The notes below the pieces were generated by a model. It made no database searches. It saw only the letters and a list, made by a program, of their open reading frames with translations, and was not told the DNA's origin. A stretch of 32,000 nucleotides of DNA from Candidatus Nanopusillus sp. Lineage in GTDB: Archaea; Nanobdellota; Nanobdellia; Nanobdellales; Nanobdellaceae. A program made the translations under genes and the position numbers. Below, piece after piece: positions 1 to 7,520 of this stretch (positions are counted from its first letter, which is position 1; each line of letters opens with the position of its first letter). The stretch spans positions 1 to 32,000 of the forward strand of contig JAWDOO010000002.1 in NCBI GenBank assembly GCA_046533775.1, read 5' to 3'.

Positions 1-957
1 TCATATAATAGTACTCCAAATATATATTCATGGTATGAAGGACAATTAAATTATAATGGAGTTACATGTGATGTATGGTGGATAAATTTACCAAATGGAA
101 TTCCTGCTAATTCAAATGTAACTATATATATGGATATAGGACCTAGTAGTTTTAATTATTATTTTTATTATTATCCATATGTAGGAACTAATGCACAGGT
201 TATAGGAACTATGGAATATGATAATGGAAATTATACATTTATAGCATATGGATATTTTGATAATACATTTGATGGATGGAAAGGGTATACTTCAGGATCT
301 TTTTCTCCTACAGCAACTTCAAATGGTATTGAAATGTTAAACGATCAAATGAATTGGGAAGGTACATATATTTTACCTCCAAATAATGGAAATATTCCCT
401 TAATACCTTTAATTGTTGAAGAAGCCTGGTACTATACTTCAGGTGCAGATGCAAATGTAATATCATTATTTGGAAATACGAATCAGCAAATTTATGCAGT
501 TATTATTGGATCTACTGATGGAGGTAGTACATTGGCATCTAATCTATCTACATTTGTACAATTTGAATATTGGAATGGAAATAGTCCTCCTTATTCTCAA
601 GCAACTATGTTAAAATCTGCAGCAACAGATCAATATTTAAATTATACATATTTTCCATCATCTAACGCAACAGTTTATTCATATCTAATTGTTAATTCAT
701 CTTATGCACAAACAGGATATTATATTTATACTTCTAATCAAGTATGGGCTCCATTAACATTATTAGATATGTATCCTTTATCCTATAATCCAAATTATGG
801 AAATTATACATATTCTAATTTAAATTATAATCCTTTCCAATATGGTACATTAGAAATAGGTGCAGGACAAAATGTTGCTTCATATCAATATATAGAATGG
901 GTAGTAGTTAGAGCATATCCTCCAAATGGTGTAATGCCTTCAATTTATATTAGTTAA
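1..957 (+). CDS. Secreted/surface glycoprotein-like protein, DUF2341-like plus LamG/concanavalin-like module; 5' end truncated by the window edge
   Basis: Frame 1 is open from base 1 (SYNSTPNIYSWYEGQLNYNGVTCDVWWINLPNGIPANSNVTIYMDIGP...), so tracked ORF 130..957 is only the Met-initiated tail. VWWINLPNGIPANSNVTIYM resembles the DUF2341 signature (vWvkvPsipa..nttiy). FDNTFDGWKGY...TSNGIEM and the terminal YIEWVVVRAYPPNG resemble the LamG-like module that follows it. The protein is Asn/Tyr-rich with several N-x-S/T sequons. Confidence 0.6.
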   Translation, partial: SYNSTPNIYSWYEGQLNYNGVTCDVWWINLPNGIPANSNVTIYMDIGPSSFNYYFYYYPYVGTNAQVIGTMEYDNGNYTFIAYGYFDNTFDGWKGYTSGSFSPTATSNGIEMLNDQMNWEGTYILPPNNGNIPLIPLIVEEAWYYTSGADANVISLFGNTNQQIYAVIIGSTDGGSTLASNLSTFVQFEYWNGNSPPYSQATMLKSAATDQYLNYTYFPSSNATVYSYLIVNSSYAQTGYYIYTSNQVWAPLTLLDMYPLSYNPNYGNYTYSNLNYNPFQYGTLEIGAGQNVASYQYIEWVVVRAYPPNGVMPSIYIS

Positions 958-1282
958 TTTTAAAATAGCAAACACCCAAAATGATCTTATATTTTTAATT
1001 ATGAAACATGAAATACAATATTTGTGATTATGATATTCAATAAATTTTAATTTATTTAATCTTTCTAGTAAATTGTTCTAAATATTTTATAAAATATATT
1101 TTCAAAAAATTATTAACAACATATAAAATCAATACTTTTTATTCTTCATATTATTTATTTTTTTATTGTAATATTAACTGCAAAAGTACCTGATATTGGA
1201 ACATCAATAATTAAATATTTATCTAAATGCTAGAAACTCTTCTAATATCAACATTTATAAATAATTTTTATAAAAATCTTAA

Positions 1283-2056
1283 ATGCCAGAAATATCATTA
1301 TTAGAAAAATCTACTGATAAATATGCAGTCGATAAAGATAGGAAAATATATAAGTTAAAATTATTGATAAGAAATGTAACCCCAAATTTCTTAAATGTTT
1401 TAAGGAGAGCAATCTTAGAAGAAGTAAAAACATTAGCAATTGAAGATGTTTATATTATAGAAAATAATTCTGCAATATGGGATGAAATGCTAGCACATAG
1501 ATTGGGTTTAGTTGTATTAAATACTCCTGAAAACATTAAAGAAAATGAAGAAATAAAATTTTATTTAGAAAAAAATGAAAAAGGATATATATATGGTTCT
1601 GATTTAAAGACAGATAGAGAAGATGTATATGTAGTTTATCCAGAAACAATGATTGCATATGTTGATGAAAATCAAAAAGTAAAATTAGAAGCTGTTGCGA
1701 TACTTGGTAATGGAAAACAGCATGCAAAATTTATACCTGGACATGTTTATTATTATAGAACTGGAGAATTGAAATTAGAAGGAAAATTAGATGAAAAAGA
1801 ATTAGAAAATTTAAAATTGCTGGGAGTAGAGATAAAGAAAAATAAAATACAAATACCAAAAGAAAAAGAATATGATAGAACTTTTTTAGATGCAGTAGAA
1901 AGAGCATCAAATGAAAAAATAAAGGTTATACCAAAAGACGAATTTGTATTTATTATAGAATCATTTGGACAATATTCAGCAGAAAAATTAATACCATTGG
2001 CTATTAAAGAATTACAAAATAAATTAAACAATTTGTTAGAATTTTTATCTAAATAA
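1283..2056 (+). CDS. rpoD: DNA-directed RNA polymerase subunit D (Rpo3)
   Basis: NVTPNFLNVLRRAILEEVKTLAIEDVYIIENNSAIWDEMLAHRLGLVVL is the conserved RpoD/Rpb3/alpha-like dimerisation motif. The 257-aa length fits. A TATA-like tttataaata lies at 1254-1263, about 20-29 nt upstream of the ATG. Confidence 0.9.
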   Translation: MPEISLLEKSTDKYAVDKDRKIYKLKLLIRNVTPNFLNVLRRAILEEVKTLAIEDVYIIENNSAIWDEMLAHRLGLVVLNTPENIKENEEIKFYLEKNEKGYIYGSDLKTDREDVYVVYPETMIAYVDENQKVKLEAVAILGNGKQHAKFIPGHVYYYRTGELKLEGKLDEKELENLKLLGVEIKKNKIQIPKEKEYDRTFLDAVERASNEKIKVIPKDEFVFIIESFGQYSAEKLIPLAIKELQNKLNNLLEFLSK

Positions 2057-2086
2057 ACTTATAAATAAATATTATATAATTTATTA

Positions 2087-2422
2087 ATGGATTGGAAAAA
2101 AGTTGTTTTAGTTTCTATATTTTCAGTATTGGTATCTTTTTTACCAGAAGTAGGAATAACAATAGCAATATCATTACTAGTATATATGTTAGTAAAGGGC
2201 ATGGATAAATGTATTATATCAAATCTAGGATTGGCATTGGAATTTGCAGGACTTCTAATATATATAATGGGAACACTATTACAAACATTATATTCAAATA
2301 CTCAATCAATAATGCAAGCTGGGATTTATTTATTAGTAGGTGGTATTATATTATTATTAGTAGGAATGCTATTAGTTATGTTGGTTAAAAACAAAGTAAA
2401 GGAAAATATATACGAAGTATAG
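2087..2422 (+). CDS. Small integral membrane protein (3-4 predicted TM helices), function unknown
   Basis: The 111-aa ORF has consecutive hydrophobic stretches (VVLVSIFSVLVSFL, ITIAISLLVYMLV, LALEFAGLLIYIMGTLL, AGIYLLVGGIILLLVGMLLVMLV). A TATA-like box lies about 30 nt upstream. It ends in TAG. Confidence 0.55.
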   Translation: MDWKKVVLVSIFSVLVSFLPEVGITIAISLLVYMLVKGMDKCIISNLGLALEFAGLLIYIMGTLLQTLYSNTQSIMQAGIYLLVGGIILLLVGMLLVMLVKNKVKENIYEV

Positions 2423-2453
2423 CCTTTTATATATTTTTTATATATATTTTTGA

Positions 2454-4688
2454 ATGGATAAGAGACCCGATTATAAAATAATTGAAAAGGAAATATTAAA
2501 CTTATGGAATAAAAATAAAGAAATTTTTAAATTTGATATTAATAAAGATAAAAGATATATAATAGATACTCCACCACCATTTACTTCTGGAGAGGCACAT
2601 ATGGGTCATGCTCTAGAATTTATATGGATAGATTTTTTAGCAAGATATAAAAGGTTGGAAGGATATAATGTATATTTTCCTTTAGGATTTGATTGTCATG
2701 GTTTACCAACAGAATTAAAAGTTATAAATAAATTAAAGATATCTAAAGAAAATAAAGAACAATTTATAAAAGCATGTATTGATTGGACAAATAAAATGAT
2801 TGAATCTATGTATAAAACATTTGAAAGATTGGGATCTTCATTTGATAGAGATAAAGTATATAAAACAATTGATAGAAAATATGAAGCATTTGTTCAATAT
2901 ACATTGATAAAAATGTTTAATGATGGTTTAATTGAAAGAAAAAGATATCCAATAATGTGGTGTCCAAAATGTCAAACAGCAATTTCAATGCAGGAAGCTG
3001 GATATTTAGAAAAGGAAGGATATTTAATATATATAAAATTACCAACAAATAATGGGAAATATATATTAATAGCAACAACAAGACCAGAATTAATTAATTC
3101 ATGTTCATTAATATTAATTGCAAAAAATAAATATGTAGAAACTGAAAATAATTTAATTGTATCAAAAATATATGCAGAAAAAAATAATCTAAAAATTATA
3201 AGAGAATATGATTATAAAGAATTAGAAAATTTAGAAGTTACAATTCCATTAATAAATAAAAAAGTAAAGATTATTTCTGATAATGATGTAGATTATAATT
3301 TTGGGACAGGAATTGTTTGGGTATGTACATATGGAGATCCTTATGATATAAAGTGGAAAGAAAAATATAATTTACCTGAAATAATTTCTGTATCAGAAGA
3401 TGGAAAAATAATATCATGTATAAATGAAATTAATGGATTAAAAGTTGAAGAAGCAAGAGAAAAAATGAAGGAAATATTAAAGGATTATATATATAAAATA
3501 GAAAAAATAAATCATAATGTATTATCACATACAGAGAGATCTGATTGTTTATCACCATTAGAATTTATTCCAAAAGAACAATTTTTTATAAAAATAAAAG
3601 ATTTAAAAGAAAAAATATTAGAATGGCAAAAAGATATAAAAATAATTCCCGAAAGTGAAGTAAAAAGATTAATTGATTGGATAAATAATATAGATCAGGA
3701 TTGGAATATTTCTAGGACAAAAATGTTATGGGGCCTCACATTTCCATTTTATGAAAAAGATGGAAAAATATATCCAGTAAATATAGAAGATTTACCAATT
3801 GATCCAAGAATAGATAAAGAAAAAGTAAAGAAATATAATGGTAAATTCTTTGAAGATGAAACAGTTGACGTATGGATCGAATCTTCAATAACACCTTTAG
3901 TAATATTATATTATGCATTGACAGAAAATAAAGAATTTAATCCAAAAGAATTACCAGAATTATTTAATAAAATAAAGGAATATTTACCTGTAGATTTAAG
4001 ACAACAAGGATATGAAATAATAAGAACATGGCTATTTGATACAATTGTAAGGGTAAATTTATTAACAAATAAAAATCCATGGAAATATGCATTAATTCAT
4101 GGAATGGTATTAGATGAAAAAGGAAGGAAGATGTCTAAATCTTTAGGAAATGCTATAAATCCAAATGAAATAACGGATAAATATTCTCCAGATGCTTTAA
4201 GATATTGGGCTCTACTAGCTGCACCAGGTAATGATTATAGATTTAATATAAAAGATATTGAATCTGGACAGGCATTTATAATAAAATTATGGAACATTGG
4301 AAGATATATTGAAATGAATATAAAAGAAAAGCCAGAAAAGGTTCTAGAATTAAAAGATGAAGATAGAGAAATAATAAAAATATTGGAAGAAAATATTAAA
4401 GAATCTAAAGAATATATTGATAAATTTAGATATTCTGAATATGTAAAATTATGGAGAAAATTTGCATGGGAGGATTTTGCAAATAATTATTTAGAAAAAA
4501 TAAAAGAAAGAATAAAAAATGATGATAAAACTGCAAAATATCTATTATATACAATATACAAAATAATATTAATTATGTTACATCCAATATTACCATATAT
4601 AACAGAATATATATACCAACAATTATATAAGGAAAATAAATTAATAATTGAAAATAAAATTGATGAAATAATGAAACTTATTTTATAA
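2454..4688 (+). CDS. valS: Valine--tRNA ligase (class Ia aminoacyl-tRNA synthetase, archaeal type)
   Basis: It carries the HIGH motif (PPPFTSGEAHMGHA), GFDCHGLPTE, TTRPE at the CP1 entry, GTGIVWVCTYGDPYD in the editing domain, and KMSKS (GRKMSKSLGN). The N-terminal pattern and modest length favour ValRS over IleRS. Confidence 0.8.
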   Translation: MDKRPDYKIIEKEILNLWNKNKEIFKFDINKDKRYIIDTPPPFTSGEAHMGHALEFIWIDFLARYKRLEGYNVYFPLGFDCHGLPTELKVINKLKISKENKEQFIKACIDWTNKMIESMYKTFERLGSSFDRDKVYKTIDRKYEAFVQYTLIKMFNDGLIERKRYPIMWCPKCQTAISMQEAGYLEKEGYLIYIKLPTNNGKYILIATTRPELINSCSLILIAKNKYVETENNLIVSKIYAEKNNLKIIREYDYKELENLEVTIPLINKKVKIISDNDVDYNFGTGIVWVCTYGDPYDIKWKEKYNLPEIISVSEDGKIISCINEINGLKVEEAREKMKEILKDYIYKIEKINHNVLSHTERSDCLSPLEFIPKEQFFIKIKDLKEKILEWQKDIKIIPESEVKRLIDWINNIDQDWNISRTKMLWGLTFPFYEKDGKIYPVNIEDLPIDPRIDKEKVKKYNGKFFEDETVDVWIESSITPLVILYYALTENKEFNPKELPELFNKIKEYLPVDLRQQGYEIIRTWLFDTIVRVNLLTNKNPWKYALIHGMVLDEKGRKMSKSLGNAINPNEITDKYSPDALRYWALLAAPGNDYRFNIKDIESGQAFIIKLWNIGRYIEMNIKEKPEKVLELKDEDREIIKILEENIKESKEYIDKFRYSEYVKLWRKFAWEDFANNYLEKIKERIKNDDKTAKYLLYTIYKIILIMLHPILPYITEYIYQQLYKENKLIIENKIDEIMKLIL

Positions 4689-4711
4689 AGGATAGAATTA
4701 AAGATAATATT

Positions 4712-5101
4712 ATGAGAGAGAATGTTGAATTATGGTTAAAACAATCTTTAGAAGATTTAGATACAGCAAAAGTATTATTAAATAATAATAAATATTATGC
4801 TTCTGCATTTTATTCACATCAAGCAGCAGAAAAAGCTTTAAAAGCTTTATTATTGTATTTTGGAAAGGATGTAAAAACACATGATTTAAGTAAAATGCTA
4901 GATATAATTAAAGAAGAAGTAAATTTAAATGTTGAAGAAATAAGAAAAGAAGCTTTAAAATTAAATCCAAATTATACTATTTCTAGATATCCTGATGCAG
5001 CAAATAGTTTACCATATTTATTATATGATAAAGAAGATGCAGAAGAATATTTAAATATGGCCGAAAAAATTGTTAATTGGGTTAAGAAATTTATTAAATG
5101 A
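4712..5101 (+). CDS. HEPN domain protein (HEPN-MNT module 1)
   Basis: YASAFYSHQAAEKALKALLLYFGKDVKTHDLSKML is the classic HEPN (PF05168-type) helix pair, and SRYPD lies near the C-terminus. It overlaps the downstream nucleotidyltransferase gene by 4 nt (ATGA). Confidence 0.85.
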   Translation: MRENVELWLKQSLEDLDTAKVLLNNNKYYASAFYSHQAAEKALKALLLYFGKDVKTHDLSKMLDIIKEEVNLNVEEIRKEALKLNPNYTISRYPDAANSLPYLLYDKEDAEEYLNMAEKIVNWVKKFIK

Positions 5102-5454
5102 AAGCAAAATCTGCTATTGAAAGTCAGAAAGAATTACTAAAGAAGGCTATGGAAGTAATAAATAATATAAAAAAAGAAATTAATATAATTGATGTTTATG
5201 TCGTAGGTTCTAGAGCTAGAGGAGATTATTTAGATACAAGTGATTTAGATTTAGTGATAATATCAGATGACTTTAAAAATTTAAGATATATAGAAAGGTT
5301 AGAAAAATTATATAAATATTCTAAAGGAGATATTGAATTCTTTGCATTTACAAAAAAAGAATGGGATAATCCAAAAAGTTTATTTATAATTAATATGAAA
5401 AAAGAGGCAAAGAAATTAGAAGAATTGTTAAAATCATATGAAATAAATTTCTAA
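5098..5454 (+). CDS. Minimal nucleotidyltransferase (MNT) domain protein (HEPN-MNT module 1)
   Basis: VYVVGSRARGDYLDTSDLDLVIISD matches the GSxxRG...DxD polymerase-beta-type NTase signature. It is translationally coupled to the upstream HEPN gene. Confidence 0.85.
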   Translation: MKAKSAIESQKELLKKAMEVINNIKKEINIIDVYVVGSRARGDYLDTSDLDLVIISDDFKNLRYIERLEKLYKYSKGDIEFFAFTKKEWDNPKSLFIINMKKEAKKLEELLKSYEINF

Positions 5455-5495
5455 ATTATTAAAAATACACTATAGAGATATATTTTATTTAACTA

Positions 5496-5784
5496 CTATT
5501 TATAATTCTTTCCCCCAATAATTTTTGTAACAATTATAGAAAATTTACTATAATAATTTTCTATAAAAGTTATCTTATCATAATAATTTTAATATTTCAA
5601 ATAAGCCATATATTAATTTTAATTTTTCCTAAATCTTTATAATACTCTGCTTCATCTATTAAAAAATAATATTTTTTACTATTTGTTATATATTTTTTAT
5701 AAAATCTTTTGGATTTTCTGAAATCTTATATAGAATTTCATTATCCTGAGAGGTTGAGTAAATAATATGATTTTCATAATACTG
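5496..5784 (-). pseudogene. Decayed gene remnant with a Walker-B-like IIFLIDEAEYY segment (ATPase-like), broken by a stop and frameshifts
   Basis: The minus strand reads coding-like in three successive frames. These are YYENHIIYSTSQDNEILYKISENPKDFIKNI*, then (after a -1 shift in a T6 run) FLIDEAEYYKDLGKIKINIWLI*, then DKITFIENYYSKFSIIVTKIIGGKNYK*. No intact ORF is present. Confidence 0.3.
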
Positions 5785-5848
5785 TAACTACTATTTTATA
5801 ATAGATAATAACGATATATTTAAAAATTTTCCTAATAATTAATATATC

Positions 5849-6544
5849 ATGGAAGGCGAATATGATCCTAAAGAAATTATAAAAAATAGCGACAAGTATC
5901 TTCAGCAAACAATAGAAGAAGCTAAGAATATATTAAACCAAAAAGCTCCGGATGTATCATCAAAAGACTTAGATTCTTTACTTAGATTTATGAAGGAATG
6001 GACAATATCTAATAATGATACTTTATTTAATTATATAGAGTCAGAACTTGGAGTAAACAAAAAGTATGGGAAATTTGGATATTACGTAGATAAAATTATA
6101 TATCATATGTTCGATAATTACTTTATGGCTGGTATAATAAAAGGTATTAGTGAATATGCAAAAAAATTAGATCCCAAAGACCCTGATTACAACGAAAAAG
6201 TCTATCATATAATAAAGTTTACAATTGATCTACTAAGTATATATACATTTTATACAATTTATGAAGGTTTTCTAAGAAAAGCGCTTAAGGAAAAGGAATC
6301 AGAGAATAAAGAAAAGTATTCTCTTAAAGATTACGACGATATACTTCAAAAAGAGTCTAACTATCTCACGAATATGATAGAAAATCTATTAGAAGATCCA
6401 ATAAAAAATAGAGAACAATTTTATAAAAGTCTTCTGGGACTTAGAAGCTACTATATGGGTAAATTAACTGAATCATTATCTAAGGCATTTGGAAAAATCG
6501 TCGGAAAAATTAGAAGTATATTTTATCAAGATGACGTATTTTAA
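5849..6544 (+). CDS. Orphan all-alpha-looking hypothetical protein, compositionally atypical
   Basis: This is a 231-aa ORF with an ATG start and a TATA-like box upstream. I recognise no motif. I count 13 CpG in 696 nt, against about 2 per kb in the core genes here. Confidence 0.55.
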   Translation: MEGEYDPKEIIKNSDKYLQQTIEEAKNILNQKAPDVSSKDLDSLLRFMKEWTISNNDTLFNYIESELGVNKKYGKFGYYVDKIIYHMFDNYFMAGIIKGISEYAKKLDPKDPDYNEKVYHIIKFTIDLLSIYTFYTIYEGFLRKALKEKESENKEKYSLKDYDDILQKESNYLTNMIENLLEDPIKNREQFYKSLLGLRSYYMGKLTESLSKAFGKIVGKIRSIFYQDDVF

Positions 6545-6808
6545 TGTATAAGTTTGATATATTATAGTTTTTTGTATTATAAATGACAAAATAAGAATAA
6601 ATAAGAATATTTTTATTTGATATCTTAATAAAGAATTATTTATTATTTTTTAACTATAAATAGCTATTTTTTAATATTGTTTCCTCTCCAGACTGTCTTA
6701 GTCCTTTAATTGCTATAATTTCTCTTCTATCAATATATTCTATATTATAATACTTTTTCTAAAAACTTCTTAATTTTGGCATGGTCAAAATTAAAATATA
6801 TTTAAAAA

Positions 6809-7474
6809 TTATCTTATAAAACCTTCTGCCAATTCTTTTATTTTTTCATAAAAATTATTAGCCTTTGTAACTGCGGATGATAATAAAACACCTTCAGCCC
6901 CATATTCCAATGCTTTCTTTACATCTTCTTTATTACTTATACCAGCCCCAACCAATACTTTAACATTTGGATTGACTTCTTTAATCATTTTAACAGAATT
7001 TATTACTATTTCTGGTTTAGCAGTTGATACAGAAATTCCTGTTCCTATTAATTCTGGTGGTTCTACAGCAACATAATCTGGATTTAATTTTGCAACTGCA
7101 GCTCCTACAGTTTCATCATTTGCACATACTATTGTAATCAAACCCAATCTTTTTGCTATATTTATTGCCTTTTCTATATCAATAATTTTCATTGGTTTTT
7201 CTGAATGATTTATTAAAGTTCCAACAGCACCAGCTTCTTTCACAGCTTCAGGTAATATATATCCTGTATGAGCACCTGGTTCAATAGGATCTATATGTTG
7301 TGCAAATATTTTTACTTTCTTTGCATTTTTTGACAGTAAATATATATCAGTAAATTGTGGAGCAATTCCTATATCAATACTATATTCTTCAGCAACCTTT
7401 TCAGCAGCTTCTAATAATTCTAATCCTCTTTTTCCAATTGTTTCTATATAAGATTTCAAATTTATAACTAACAT
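6809..7474 (-). CDS. tpiA: Triosephosphate isomerase (short archaeal type)
   Basis: The 221-aa length is typical of archaeal TIM. Motifs INHSEKPMK, AVEPPELIGTG and VLVGAGIS match its catalytic and phosphate-binding loops. Confidence 0.9.
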   Translation of the reverse strand: MLVINLKSYIETIGKRGLELLEAAEKVAEEYSIDIGIAPQFTDIYLLSKNAKKVKIFAQHIDPIEPGAHTGYILPEAVKEAGAVGTLINHSEKPMKIIDIEKAINIAKRLGLITIVCANDETVGAAVAKLNPDYVAVEPPELIGTGISVSTAKPEIVINSVKMIKEVNPNVKVLVGAGISNKEDVKKALEYGAEGVLLSSAVTKANNFYEKIKELAEGFIR

Positions 7475-7520
7475 TTTATAATTTTAATTTATAAAATTCA
7501 TAAATTTATAAGAATTTATA

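Noticed and set aside
1536-2031. Tracked minus-strand ORFs 1536..1727 and 1753..2031 antisense to rpoD. The same situation applies to 3736..3918, 7793..8083, 7924..8235, 10814..10999, 11845..12051, 13478..13681, 14124..14306, 14478..14705, 18269..18508, 21459..21653, 23165..23350, 23821..24015, 25682..25906, 28020..28202 and 29622..29870.
   Set aside because: Each lies wholly or almost wholly inside a longer ORF with clear family motifs, usually on the opposite strand. They encode low-complexity Leu/Phe/Ile/Ser strings typical of shadow frames and have no promoter-like context.
5488-5803. A near-identical 16/17-nt direct repeat, aactactattt(t)ataat, at 5491-5506 and 5787-5803 flanking the pseudogene remnant, considered as MITE or insertion target-site evidence.
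   Set aside because: With this base composition, roughly ten chance 16-mer matches are expected within 32 kb by my estimate. There are no terminal inverted repeats or other mobile-element features.
6547-6558. A shared 12-mer, ataagtttgata, just downstream of both orphan genes (6547-6558 and about 27080-27091), considered as a common terminator or att motif.
   Set aside because: AT-rich 12-mers recur by chance hundreds of times in a window of this composition. There is no extended similarity around them.
6654-6782. Short minus-strand reading frame MPKLRSF*KKYYNIEYIDRREIIAIKGLRQSGEETILKNSYL* just downstream of tpiA.
   Set aside because: It looks coding-like and slightly GC-richer, but it is interrupted after 7 codons, has no alternative start and has no recognisable motif. 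At most it is another gene remnant, and I cannot support it as a feature.
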